NCBI GenBank assembly: GCA_913043225.1
Contig: CAJWLU010000008.1
Span: 76,909 to 140,908 of the forward strand
Direction: 5' to 3'
Source: an uncultured Acidobacteriota bacterium
GTDB lineage: Bacteria > Acidobacteriota > Vicinamibacteria > Vicinamibacterales > UBA8438
Length of the DNA: 64,000 nt
The notes under the pieces are model-generated. The model was not told the origin of the DNA. It was given only the letters and a program-made list of their open reading frames with translations, and did not search any database. Within the stretch, counting starts at the first letter, position 1. The number at the start of each line of letters is the position of its first letter. A program made the position numbers and the translations under genes. Below are positions 8,943-19,064 of the stretch, one piece after another.

Positions 8943-10724
8943 ATGCCAAGTCTCTTGTTTTTCGGCCGCGGTCTCGCCGCTGGGCTACTGCTCGCGGTTG
9001 CTGCCGACGCGTTACCACAGCCCGCAGCACCCCACGCTGGCGAGGTCTGGTTCACCGAACAAGCCGAGGCGGTTGGCATCGACTTTGTGCACTTCAATGG
9101 GATGTCGGGCGAGCTCTACGTGAGTGAACTTTTGGCCCCGGGCGCCGCGGTGTTTGACATGGACAACGACGGTGACCTCGACATCTATCTCATTCAGGGG
9201 CAAATGCTCGGTCCGGGCAAAACGCTCGACGATGCGCTTCTTCCGCCGCAGACCACTCCGTTGACGGACCGCCTCTATAGGAACGATTTGGCCATTGATA
9301 GTGACGGGCGACGCATACTGCAATTCAGAGATGTCACCGAAGCGAGTGGGCTCGACGTGCGCTCGTACGGCATGGGCGTCGCCGCGGGCGACGTCGACAA
9401 TGATGGCTGGGTCGACCTTTATCGCACCGGCCTTGGTCCGGATCAGCTGTTCCTCAATAACGGCGACGGAACCTTTGCCGATGTGTCGGACCGGATCGGC
9501 ATGGGGAATCCGGGGTGGGGTGTGTCGGCGTCATTCGTGGACTTCGATGGTGACGGCTGGCTCGACCTGTTCGTGGGCAACTACCTCCAGCACGATCTCG
9601 ACGCCCGCCAGCCAGAATGTCTGACGCGTACGGGGGAACGGGACTACTGTGGCCCGCAGGCCTACGCGGCTGTCCCCGATCGGTTGTTTCGCAACCGCGG
9701 CGACGGCACGTTCGTCGACGTGACGACCCAGGCTCTGGTGGCCGGTGAGTTCGGTCCCGCGCTCGGCGTGGTCGCTTCGGATCTTGACGGTGATGGCTGG
9801 CAGGACCTTTACGTGGCGAACGACGCCGCGCCAAACCAGCTGTGGATCAACCAGCAGGACGGGAGCTTTCGCAACGGCGCGCTGCTGGCTGGTACGGCGT
9901 TCAACGGCGATGGTCGGGTCGAGGGCAGTATGGGGGTCGATGCCGGCGATTTCGACGGTGATGGTGACGACGATCTCTTTATGACGCACCTGACGACGGA
10001 GACCAATACTCTCTATGTCAACACTGGTGCCGGGTTGTTCGAGGACCGGACCGTGCAGACCGGTCTCGGCGGCCCGAGTCTGGCCTATACCGGATTCGGG
10101 ACCGCCTGGGTGGACCTGGACAACGATGGGTGGCTCGACCTGCTGGTAGCGAATGGTGCCGTGCAGGCCAAGCATCAGCGGTTCTCGAGCCAGAGTTCGT
10201 CCGCGTCGTCACCGGCGACGGGGGCGCCGGCACTGGCCCAGCCCAATCAACTGTTCCGCAATCTGGGCAACGGCCGGTTTGAGGAGACCAGCGACCGGGC
10301 TGGCGTCGTATTCGAGCTGTCTGGAGTGAGTCGAGGCGCCGCGTTCGGTGACGTGGACAACGACGGTGACGTGGACGTACTGGTCACCAACAACAACGGT
10401 CGGGCACGGCTGCTGATCAACGAGGTCGGTCACCAGCGGTCGTGGGTCGGGTTGCGGCTGGTCGGTGGCGCAGGGCCTCGCGACATGCTGGGTGCGCGGG
10501 TCGGTGTGTTCCGCGACGTGGGCGCTCCGCTTTGGCGTCGGGCAAGGGCCGACGGGAGCTACGCTTCGGCCAGCGATCCCAGGGTGCTTGTGGGGCTGGG
10601 CGAGGCGACGACGGTCGACCATGTTCGCGTGATCTGGCCTGGTGGTCGTGAAGAGGCCTGGACGGATATTCCGGTGAACCGGTGGCTGACCCTCACCGAG
10701 GGCACTGGTCGGAGCCAGCCATGA
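8943..10724 (+). CDS. CRTAC1 family / FG-GAP(VCBS) repeat protein with ASPIC-UnbV C-terminus, paralog 1
   Basis: Many DxDNDGxxDL repeats; SRGAAFGDVDNDGD; SYASASDPRVLVGLG; VIWPGG. Confidence 0.92.
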   Translation: MPSLLFFGRGLAAGLLLAVAADALPQPAAPHAGEVWFTEQAEAVGIDFVHFNGMSGELYVSELLAPGAAVFDMDNDGDLDIYLIQGQMLGPGKTLDDALLPPQTTPLTDRLYRNDLAIDSDGRRILQFRDVTEASGLDVRSYGMGVAAGDVDNDGWVDLYRTGLGPDQLFLNNGDGTFADVSDRIGMGNPGWGVSASFVDFDGDGWLDLFVGNYLQHDLDARQPECLTRTGERDYCGPQAYAAVPDRLFRNRGDGTFVDVTTQALVAGEFGPALGVVASDLDGDGWQDLYVANDAAPNQLWINQQDGSFRNGALLAGTAFNGDGRVEGSMGVDAGDFDGDGDDDLFMTHLTTETNTLYVNTGAGLFEDRTVQTGLGGPSLAYTGFGTAWVDLDNDGWLDLLVANGAVQAKHQRFSSQSSSASSPATGAPALAQPNQLFRNLGNGRFEETSDRAGVVFELSGVSRGAAFGDVDNDGDVDVLVTNNNGRARLLINEVGHQRSWVGLRLVGGAGPRDMLGARVGVFRDVGAPLWRRARADGSYASASDPRVLVGLGEATTVDHVRVIWPGGREEAWTDIPVNRWLTLTEGTGRSQP

Positions 10725-12388
10725 GCCGGCATCCCATGCGATTAGGGACGCTCTCGCTGGCGGGTCTGCTGCTGGCGACGCCGGGCGCGGCGATTGTCGG
10801 CACGGTCGCGGTCTACGCCGTCTCTCAGGCTGCCGAACCGTCCGTCGTGGCGGTGGTGCTCCCCGATCTTGAAGGCATGCATCCGTCGGTGCGGGAGCAG
10901 ATACGCGAGGCCCATCGAGCGTTGCTGGCGCTCGAGCCCGAGGATCGGAGCACGGCCTACGGACAGTTGGGCACTCTCCTGTTCGCCGGTGAGTATCTGG
11001 TCGAGGCGGAGACCTGCTTTCGCAATGCTCAGCGGCTCGCGCCAGACGTGTTTCGCTGGTCCTACTATCTGGGGCACGTGTACAAGAGCACCGGGCGGCT
11101 GACCCAGGCTGTGGAGCAGTTTGAGCAGGCGCTGCGATTGCGGCCAGGTGATCTCCCGACACTCGTGTGGCTCGGGCAGGTCCTCATCGACCTCGGTCAG
11201 CCAAAGGCCGCGGAGTTGCTGCTCGCCGACGCCGACGGGCGGCATCCGGACACCCAGTCCGTGCTGTTCCAGCTGGGTCGCGCCGCTGGCGCCATGGGGG
11301 ACCATGAGGAGGCGGTGAGCCGCCTGGAGGCTGCACTTGAGTTGAATCCCGGTGCCACGATGGTGCACTACCCGCTGGCTATGGCGTATCGCGGGCTCGG
11401 CGACCTCGAGCGGGCAGAGGCACACCTCGGCCGAAGCGGCAGAGCGGTCGGCGCTGGAGTGGCCGTGACGGTGCCCGATCCGCTGATGGCCGACGTCAAC
11501 ACGGCGCTGCGAAGCCCGCAGGCCTTCTGGGATCTCGGACTGTACGCCGGCTCGCTCGGCAACTGGCCCGAGGCGGTGAGGCAGTTCCAGAGCGCGGTCG
11601 AGCTGGCGCCAGACGTGTCGGCGCTGCGCCTAAACCTTTCCCTGGCGCTGAACCGGGTGGGCGAGGCGCGCTTCGCACTCGAGCAACTCGAGGAGGCGGT
11701 GCGTCTGGAGCCGGAGTTGGCCCTGGCGCATCTCGAAATGGGTGCGCTGTTCGAGCGGAGTGGAAGCGATCCCGAGGCGATCGACCATTTCACTCTAGCG
11801 ACGACGCACGCCCCGGGTCTGGTCGAAGCTCATCTCAGGCTGGCCGATGCGCTTCGTCGCACGGGCCAAGTCAACGCGTCCCTCGCCTCGTACGGGCAGG
11901 TGCTTAAGCTCGACCCTGGTCGGGCTGAGGCGCGCTTCGGTGAGGTGATGGCTCTGGTGCGCCTGATGCGCCATCGCGACGCCGTGACGCGTTTGCGCGA
12001 GGCGTTGGAGCATCATCCGGGGGAGCAGGCGTTCCGGCAGGCGTTGTCGCGACTGTTGGCGGCGTCGCCAGACCCGATGGTGCGCGACGGTGCCGAGGCG
12101 CTGGCGTTGGTCCAGCCGTTGACCGCGGACGGCGCCACCACGGCCGTGGCCGAGACGATCGCGATGGCGTTTGCTGAGCAAGGTGACTTTCTCGAGGCGG
12201 TCGACTGGCAGCGGGCGGCGATGTCGGGCGCTGCCGGTGCCGGGCACCCGGAGGTCGCGCAGCAAATGGCGGTGAATCTGGCGCTGTACAGGACCGGACA
12301 AGCTTGTCGAACCCCTTGGCGAGACGACGCGCCGGAACATCGACCTGGGCCGATCGTGGAAGCAGGATTGCTTGATCCAGGTCCTTGA
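10721..12388 (+). CDS. Exported TPR repeat protein
   Basis: ATGA overlap with the upstream gene; signal peptide; TPR repeats; PDPLM hinge; C-terminal LLAASPDPMVRDG motif. Confidence 0.85.
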   Translation: MSRHPMRLGTLSLAGLLLATPGAAIVGTVAVYAVSQAAEPSVVAVVLPDLEGMHPSVREQIREAHRALLALEPEDRSTAYGQLGTLLFAGEYLVEAETCFRNAQRLAPDVFRWSYYLGHVYKSTGRLTQAVEQFEQALRLRPGDLPTLVWLGQVLIDLGQPKAAELLLADADGRHPDTQSVLFQLGRAAGAMGDHEEAVSRLEAALELNPGATMVHYPLAMAYRGLGDLERAEAHLGRSGRAVGAGVAVTVPDPLMADVNTALRSPQAFWDLGLYAGSLGNWPEAVRQFQSAVELAPDVSALRLNLSLALNRVGEARFALEQLEEAVRLEPELALAHLEMGALFERSGSDPEAIDHFTLATTHAPGLVEAHLRLADALRRTGQVNASLASYGQVLKLDPGRAEARFGEVMALVRLMRHRDAVTRLREALEHHPGEQAFRQALSRLLAASPDPMVRDGAEALALVQPLTADGATTAVAETIAMAFAEQGDFLEAVDWQRAAMSGAAGAGHPEVAQQMAVNLALYRTGQACRTPWRDDAPEHRPGPIVEAGLLDPGP

Positions 12389-12418
12389 AAAGTGACTCGA
12401 TTGAAAACCAGAAATCCC

Positions 12419-13348
12419 ATGACGACCACAGCTCACTCGTGCCGCCGACGTCTTACCGCTGGGCTGCTCACTGTCGGCCTCTTCGCCTGGGGAGTGGCCG
12501 GAACCAGCGATGTCGTGCTGGCGCAGAGTCGGTCGTTCTTCATCAGCTTTGCCGATGCCGATGGCGTGCCGGTCACCGATCTGACTCGTGAGGACGTGGT
12601 CGTGGAATTGGACGGTGAGCTCGCCGAGACGCTCAGCCTTGAACCGATCGACTGGCCGGTACGGGTCACCGTGTTTGTTGACAACGGTATCAACACCAGG
12701 CCGATGTTGGACGACATCCGTGAGGGACTCGAGGGCTTCGTGGCAGCGTTGGTACCAGATGTTGAAGTGGCGATCGCCACGACCGGGGGACGACCGCAGT
12801 TCTGGGCCGAGCACACCATCAACCGGGTAGAGCTCGCCGACGCGATCGGAGTGTTGTCCCCGGCCATCGACGGCCACTCGACCTATCTTGATGCGCTCTA
12901 TGAAGAAGCGGAGCGGATGCACGAAGACGAGGTCGGAGAGTACTTCCCGGTCGTCGTTATGATCTCGACCAACGGCCCCGAGGGGAGCACTCGCGTCCGC
13001 GACCGGCCATTCAGGGAGATGATGGAGCGCTTACTCGCGAACTCCGCCACGGTGCACACGATGATGTTCGCCCACCCGTCGTTCTCCGGGGCCCCACAGA
13101 TGCGGTGGGGTATCGACATCGCCGAGGCAACCGGGGGTGGTTATCGAGGGTTGAGCTCACCTAACGGGTTCCGTGTCCTCCTGCCCCAACTGGCCGAAGA
13201 CATTGCCCGCAAACACCGGCTGATGAGCAATCAGTTCCGCCTGACATACATGCCGCCCGAGGGCAGCTCCGACCGACCGGCTGTACGGGTGCTCACGACG
13301 CGCACCAGCATCAACATGGTGCCGACCAGAGACGGAAAGGTTCCCTAG
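12419..13348 (+). CDS. Acidobacterial VWA-like exported protein, paralog 2
   Basis: Close paralog of 4705..5628 (LEPIDWPVRVT, DALYEEAERMHEDE, TNGPEGS). Confidence 0.7.
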   Translation: MTTTAHSCRRRLTAGLLTVGLFAWGVAGTSDVVLAQSRSFFISFADADGVPVTDLTREDVVVELDGELAETLSLEPIDWPVRVTVFVDNGINTRPMLDDIREGLEGFVAALVPDVEVAIATTGGRPQFWAEHTINRVELADAIGVLSPAIDGHSTYLDALYEEAERMHEDEVGEYFPVVVMISTNGPEGSTRVRDRPFREMMERLLANSATVHTMMFAHPSFSGAPQMRWGIDIAEATGGGYRGLSSPNGFRVLLPQLAEDIARKHRLMSNQFRLTYMPPEGSSDRPAVRVLTTRTSINMVPTRDGKVP

Positions 13349-13357
13349 AGAACGGTC

Positions 13358-14797
13358 CTACCGGGCGAGCTGCTGCTCGATGGCGGCGGCGAGATCCTGG
13401 AGACCGTAGCGGCGCGCGAGCGGAAGCGCCTGGCGAAGCCAGCGCTCTGCCTCGGTCATGCGGCCCAGCCTCGCATTGTAGTCCGCCAGCTCATACATGA
13501 AGACGGGGGTCTCTGGTGACTCCGGCGTCAGACCCCGCTCGATGCTCGCGAAGCCGCGGGTTACGTCTCCCTGTTGCACGAGCAGCCGTCCGAGGCGGAC
13601 ATGTGCGCCAACGCCGTTCGGCCGTTCGGAGAGGGCGAGCTCGTACTGTTTCATGGCGTCGGCGACCCGCCCCATACCCTCGTATAGTACTCCCAGGCTG
13701 AAGCGGGCGTCATAGTGTGCCGCGTTGAGCTCGAGCGCCCGCACGAGCGGCGCCTCTGATTCGGCCGACCGGCCGGTCTGGAATAGGAGCGTCGCGTAGT
13801 TGTAGTGGGCGTCTGCAAGGTTCGGATTCAGCTCCACCACGCGACGGTAGTGCTGCTCGGCTCGTTCCGCCTGTCCCGTCCGGGTGTAGAGGTTGATGAG
13901 GTTCAGGTGCGCCTGCACAAGATCGGGGTCGTTTGCCAGGGCCTGTTCGTACTGCTGGATCGACTCGACGACTTTGTCCTCGAGCTGTAGGCGGAACGCT
14001 TGCGTCTCGCGCGAACGTGGGTCGGTTCGAAGGGCGTGGATGTCGCTCATCAACGGGTCGTCGGCCGGCGGCCGGCGGCCAGAGGTGCGGGTCGCCACCG
14101 CCATGTGCCGACCTGCGGCCTCTATCTGGCCCAGGTCGCGATAGGTGAGCCCCAGCGCGTAGTGGGCCGCTCCGAACTCGGGTGCGAGCTCGATGGCCTG
14201 CGTCAGCTGGTCTCTGGCAGCCGCCGAGTCACCGAGCTCAGACAGGGCCCGGCCAAGCCCGTAGACCGCGGGCACGAGTGCGGGGTGATCACGTTTCAGC
14301 GCTTCGTAGCGCGTCCGACTGTCCTCTATCGCGCCGCTTGAGAGCAGCACGTCAGCCAGCTGCAGACCGGCCGGCGCATACGACGGATCGAGACCGACTG
14401 CCTGGCGCAGTGCGTCGAGCGCGCCCTCGTGGTCACCGAGCCTGGTCTTGACGCGCCCGAGATAGTATAGCCACGCGAACTGATCCGGTTGGAGGAAGAG
14501 GGCCCGTTCGTAGCATCTCGCCGCCCCCTCGAACTTGTCATAGGCATGGAGCACCATGCCGAGTCGGGCCACCGCCGACGCGCTGTCCGGCGCGCTCTGC
14601 GCGGCGTCGAGCGCGTACCCAACGACGCTGCCGATATGTGGTCCGAACTCGGTGGGGCTGGCGACCATCGCCGCGAGGTCCAACCAGAGTTGCCGCGTCT
14701 CCACGTCCTCGGCGTTCCTGGGGGGGGGAGAACACGCCGCGAGCAGCAGGGCCGCCGCCACGCAGGTGGCGTTGAGTGCTGAGAGGTGAGGGTGCAT
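13358..14797 (-). CDS. TPR repeat lipoprotein
   Basis: LLLAAC lipobox; multiple TPRs (WLYYLG, AHYALG, AHYNYA); DDPLM hinge like 10721..12388. Confidence 0.85.
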   Translation of the reverse strand: MHPHLSALNATCVAAALLLAACSPPPRNAEDVETRQLWLDLAAMVASPTEFGPHIGSVVGYALDAAQSAPDSASAVARLGMVLHAYDKFEGAARCYERALFLQPDQFAWLYYLGRVKTRLGDHEGALDALRQAVGLDPSYAPAGLQLADVLLSSGAIEDSRTRYEALKRDHPALVPAVYGLGRALSELGDSAAARDQLTQAIELAPEFGAAHYALGLTYRDLGQIEAAGRHMAVATRTSGRRPPADDPLMSDIHALRTDPRSRETQAFRLQLEDKVVESIQQYEQALANDPDLVQAHLNLINLYTRTGQAERAEQHYRRVVELNPNLADAHYNYATLLFQTGRSAESEAPLVRALELNAAHYDARFSLGVLYEGMGRVADAMKQYELALSERPNGVGAHVRLGRLLVQQGDVTRGFASIERGLTPESPETPVFMYELADYNARLGRMTEAERWLRQALPLARRYGLQDLAAAIEQQLAR

Positions 14798-14868
14798 CGA
14801 TGGCTGCCAGGCGCATTATATGAGCTTGAGGGCGACCGCTGGCCCGTGCGCGGAGCTCTCGGGCCCAG

Positions 14869-14896
14869 TTGACCGTCCCGTGTGGGGCCTTACAAT
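14869..14896 (+). promoter_or_regulatory. Candidate sigma70 promoter for the CRTAC1/cytochrome operon (divergent TATAAT on the minus strand at 14815-14820)
   Basis: TTGACC-16 nt-TACAAT in a divergent intergenic region. Confidence 0.45.
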
Positions 14897-14936
14897 CTGG
14901 GATGGACCGTCCGTACTGGCGGGCGAGGAACACGGG

Positions 14937-17252
14937 ATGGCAGACGACATCGACCGATTCGATTGTGGCAGGGCTGACCAGACCGCGAGGCGCCGGCGCG
15001 TCGCGTTGGGCTGGGTGCGTGCCCTCTCGTTGCTCACCGTGGCTGTCTGTGTCGACACCGTGGCCGCCCAGCCGCCGTTGTCCGGGTCTCCATACGATAG
15101 CCACGAGCGGATGCTGGCCGTGCTCCAGCTCGTTGCGACCAATACGTCTGACATCCCGTATATCGGAGACGGCGCGGCGATGCGGCTCCGATCTCAGCTC
15201 AGCGCGCTTCCCGCGACGGCTCCTGCTGCCGAGCGCTGGCAGCTGATGATGGTGCTGGCCGAGGAGGAGTTACGTCTCGGCAACGAGGCCGAGTCTTTAC
15301 GTCTGCTGACCGAGGCTCTCGCCCTGGTGCCGAACGCCGAGGAGAACCGCGTCGGGATCAACTTCAACCACTACCGCCTGGGCATCGCCTATCTACGACT
15401 GGCCGAGACCCAGAACTGCGTGCTGCATCCGAATGCCGAAGCCTGCATTCTTCCTCTCCGCGAGGGGGGGATTCACAGCCAGCAGACGCCGGCCCGGCAG
15501 GCCATCGCCGCGTTCCTCGAAGTGCTCGAGCATGCTCCGGCCCCATCTGCGCCGGCGTCCGCTCTCGACGCGACGACCCAGCAGCACTTCGCGACGCGCT
15601 GGCTGCTGAACATCGCCTACATGACCGTGGGAGGGTATCCGGACGAAGTGCCCAAGGCCTATCTGATTCCGCCGGCCGCCTTCGAATCGGCCGAGGCAAT
15701 TCCTCGCTTCGACAACATCGCGCCAAACCTTGGGCTGGCGACCTACGACATGTCCGGCGGGGCGATCGTCGACGATTTCGACAACGACGGCTTTCTGGAT
15801 CTTGTGGTCTCGACCTGGGATACCCGGGGACAGCTTCGCTTCTTTAGGAACAACGGGGACGGCAGCTTCTCCGAACGTACGTCCGAGGCGGGGCTCGACG
15901 GGCTGTATGGCGGCCTGAACATCATTCAGGCCGACTACGACAACGATGGCAACATGGACTTCCTCGTCACCCGCGGGGCGTGGCAGGCCGAGCTCGGTCG
16001 TCGGCCCAACTCCCTGGTACGGAACAACGGCGATGGGACGTTCACCGACGTGACGTTCGACGCAGGGTTGGGGCGGGTGCACTACCCCAGCCAGACGGCG
16101 TCGTGGGGCGACTACGACAACGACGGTGACCTCGATCTGTACGTTGGCAACGAGATGACCCAGACCGTCTACGCTCCCAGTCAGCTCTTCCGCAACAACG
16201 GCGACGGTACCTTCATCGATGTGGCCGAGGCGGCGGGGGTGAGGAACCTGGCACGCGCCAAGGCGGTCGTCTGGGGCGACTACGACGCCGATGGTCTGCC
16301 GGACCTCTACGTGTCTAACTTCGGGCAGGCCAATCGGTTGTATCGGAACACGGGGGACGGGACCTTTGTGGATGAGGCGGCACGTCTGGGGGTGGCCGAG
16401 CCAATCGGGAGTTTTCCGGCCTGGTTCTGGGACGTGGACAACGACGGCCGCCTGGATCTGTATGTCTCCGCCTACACCGCCGACATCGAGCACCTGGCGG
16501 CCGACGCCTTGGGTGTGCCAGTCAATATCCCGATGTCGCGTTTGTACCGGGGGGCTGACGACGGGAGATTCGAGGAGGTGGCCGAGAACTACGGTCTGAG
16601 GGAGCCGGCCGCGGCCATGGGAGCCAACTTCGGCGACCTCGACAACGATGGCTATCTCGACTTCTACCTCGGCACCGGCTATCCGGATTACCACACCGTG
16701 ATGCCGAACCTGATGTATCGCAATCAGGCTGGGCGTGGTTTCTCGAATGTCACCTACTCGGGCGGATTCGGCCATCTGCAGAAGGGACACGCCGTCGCGT
16801 TCGCGGATCTCGACAACGATGGCGACCAGGACGTGTTCGAGCAAATGGGGGGAGCCTTTCCTGGCGATCGGTTCGGTAATGCGCTGTACGAGAACCCGGG
16901 CTTCGGGAACCGTTGGGTCACCGTCAAGCTGCAGGGCGTACGTTCTAACCGTTCGGCGGTCGGCGCCCGTATTCGAGTGGTCGTCGTTGACGAGACCGGG
17001 GCGGGGCAGCGCTCCATCTATCGCCATGTGAACAGCGGCGGTAGTTTTGGCGCCAATCCGCTCCGTCAGACCATCGGCCTTGGTGACGTGTCTCGTATCG
17101 AGCGGCTCGAGGTGTTTTGGCCTACCACCGGTCTGACCCAGACGTTCGTCGATGTCCCGATCGATACCGGCATCCACATCGTCGAAGGCGAGGAGTCCTA
17201 TTCCCAGCTTGGGATGATGACGCTCGCGCTCGGCTCGCGGGCCGCGGAGTGA
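14937..17252 (+). CDS. CRTAC1 family protein with N-terminal helical extension, paralog 2
   Basis: N-terminal ETQNCVLHPNAEACILP and WLLNIAYMT motifs; FG-GAP repeats; GHLQKGH; SGGSFGANP ASPIC-UnbV end. Confidence 0.9.
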   Translation: MADDIDRFDCGRADQTARRRRVALGWVRALSLLTVAVCVDTVAAQPPLSGSPYDSHERMLAVLQLVATNTSDIPYIGDGAAMRLRSQLSALPATAPAAERWQLMMVLAEEELRLGNEAESLRLLTEALALVPNAEENRVGINFNHYRLGIAYLRLAETQNCVLHPNAEACILPLREGGIHSQQTPARQAIAAFLEVLEHAPAPSAPASALDATTQQHFATRWLLNIAYMTVGGYPDEVPKAYLIPPAAFESAEAIPRFDNIAPNLGLATYDMSGGAIVDDFDNDGFLDLVVSTWDTRGQLRFFRNNGDGSFSERTSEAGLDGLYGGLNIIQADYDNDGNMDFLVTRGAWQAELGRRPNSLVRNNGDGTFTDVTFDAGLGRVHYPSQTASWGDYDNDGDLDLYVGNEMTQTVYAPSQLFRNNGDGTFIDVAEAAGVRNLARAKAVVWGDYDADGLPDLYVSNFGQANRLYRNTGDGTFVDEAARLGVAEPIGSFPAWFWDVDNDGRLDLYVSAYTADIEHLAADALGVPVNIPMSRLYRGADDGRFEEVAENYGLREPAAAMGANFGDLDNDGYLDFYLGTGYPDYHTVMPNLMYRNQAGRGFSNVTYSGGFGHLQKGHAVAFADLDNDGDQDVFEQMGGAFPGDRFGNALYENPGFGNRWVTVKLQGVRSNRSAVGARIRVVVVDETGAGQRSIYRHVNSGGSFGANPLRQTIGLGDVSRIERLEVFWPTTGLTQTFVDVPIDTGIHIVEGEESYSQLGMMTLALGSRAAE

Positions 17253-17263
17253 TACCGGGCGGC

Positions 17264-19030
17264 ATGCGCGGCTTTAGGTCCTTGGCAGCCGGGTGTGGCG
17301 TGCTGGCTCTCGTGGCGTGCGCGGGTGAGCCCCCGGCGCAGACGACTTCGACGGCGACCCCGATGCCCCAGCCCCCGGGGCCACCCGTGTTCCGGGATGT
17401 CGCCCTCGACACCGGTCTCGATTTCACCCATGTAATCGGCGCCTCTGGCGCCTATTTCCTCCCAGAGATTATGGGAGCCGGCGTCGCGCTCGTCGACTAC
17501 GATGGCGACGAAGACTTGGACATCTACTTGCTGCAAGGGACGCGGTTGGGCTCAGTCGAGACAGATGAGCCAGCGGCCGGGGATGACGTCCAGGAAACGG
17601 GGCATCGCCTGTTCCGGAACGAACTCTCCGAGACCGGTCGTCTTGGTTTCATCGACGTGACCGACGACGCCGGCGTCGGGCTCAGGGAATACGGGATGGG
17701 TGTGGCGGTCGGCGATATCGACAACGACGGCGACCCCGATCTCTATGTGACCGCTTTCGGCAGGAACGTGCTCTATAGGAACGATGGAGACGGCTCGTTC
17801 AGCGACGTGACCGCTGCCGCCGGTGTTGACGACCGACGCTGGAGTGCCAGTGCGTCGTTTCTGGATTATGACCGCGACGGGCGACTCGATCTCTTTGTGA
17901 CGAACTACGTGGACTTCGCTGTCCTCGACAACACCGAGTGCTACGGCGTGGAGGGCAAGCGCGACTACTGCAATCCCTTGTCGTATTCACCTGTGCCAGA
18001 TCGTCTGTTTCGCAATGCCGGGGACGGCACGTTCACGGATGTCTCTGGGAGTTCCGGCATCCAGCGGGCGTTCGGGAGCGGTCTCGGCGTGGTCGCCGCC
18101 GACTTCAATGGCGATGGCTGGCCAGACATCTATGTTGCCAACGACGGCAATGCGAACCAGTTGTGGCAGAACAACAAGGACGGGACATTCACCGATGTCG
18201 CCCTGCTCTCGGGCACGGCCTACAACGCGAACGGCGATGCGGAAGGTGGGATGGGCGCGACGGCGGGTGACGTTGATGGCGACGGCGACGAAGATCTCTT
18301 CGTTTCACATCTGGGCGAGGAAACCAACACGCTCTACGTGAATGGTCGCGAGGGGGTGTTCCGAGATGACACGCTCCGTTCGGGGTTGGGTGCGGCGAGT
18401 ATCGGGTACACGGGGTTTGGCGCACGGTGGTTCGACTATGACCAGGACGGGTCGCTGGATCTGTTCGTGGCCAACGGTGCGGTCAGCAACGTCGAATCGC
18501 GTCGAGGCACACCGTATCCATTCCAGCAACGTAACCAGCTGTTCCGTGGTCTCGGTGACGGCCGTCTCGCCGAGGTTCGAGGTGACGCCGGGTCGGCGAT
18601 TGAATTCGTGGAGGTCTCTCGTGGGGCCGCGTTCGGGGACGTCGACAATGATGGGGACGTTGATATCGTCGTCTCCAACAACAACGGCCCGGTGCGGCTT
18701 CTGTTGAACGAGGCTGGCCCGCCGGCTGGGTCACTGAGCCTTCGTTTCGAAGGCGTCGACAGCAGCCGCGATGGTATCGGTGCCCGGGTTGCGCTGCTTA
18801 GGGTTGATGCCGATCCGATCTGGCGCCGGGTACACCGAGACGGAAGCTATCTCAGTGCGAGCGACCCTCGGGTGGTCTTTGGACTGGGCGACGGAGGCGA
18901 AGAGGCTGTCGAAGGGATTGGAGTCGTCTGGCCAGACGGGACGCGCGAGCGCTGGGCGCGCGGCGACCTTGAATCGGGTACGACCCGCCTACGTCAGGGA
19001 TCCGGGCAGCCCTGGCTGGCTGGAACGTAA
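17264..19030 (+). CDS. CRTAC1 family lipoprotein, paralog 3 (alternative start GTG 17249)
   Basis: LVAC lipobox; FG-GAP repeats; SYLSASDPRVVFGLG; VVWPDG. Confidence 0.9.
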   Translation: MRGFRSLAAGCGVLALVACAGEPPAQTTSTATPMPQPPGPPVFRDVALDTGLDFTHVIGASGAYFLPEIMGAGVALVDYDGDEDLDIYLLQGTRLGSVETDEPAAGDDVQETGHRLFRNELSETGRLGFIDVTDDAGVGLREYGMGVAVGDIDNDGDPDLYVTAFGRNVLYRNDGDGSFSDVTAAAGVDDRRWSASASFLDYDRDGRLDLFVTNYVDFAVLDNTECYGVEGKRDYCNPLSYSPVPDRLFRNAGDGTFTDVSGSSGIQRAFGSGLGVVAADFNGDGWPDIYVANDGNANQLWQNNKDGTFTDVALLSGTAYNANGDAEGGMGATAGDVDGDGDEDLFVSHLGEETNTLYVNGREGVFRDDTLRSGLGAASIGYTGFGARWFDYDQDGSLDLFVANGAVSNVESRRGTPYPFQQRNQLFRGLGDGRLAEVRGDAGSAIEFVEVSRGAAFGDVDNDGDVDIVVSNNNGPVRLLLNEAGPPAGSLSLRFEGVDSSRDGIGARVALLRVDADPIWRRVHRDGSYLSASDPRVVFGLGDGGEEAVEGIGVVWPDGTRERWARGDLESGTTRLRQGSGQPWLAGT

Positions 19031-19064
19031 CGGGAGGGCGCGTCCCACAAGTAAACTGGGTATC

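Noticed and set aside
8943..19030. Enediyne biosynthetic cluster (UnbV homology)
   Set aside because: No PKS, thioesterase or other enediyne core genes; ASPIC-UnbV domains are widespread.
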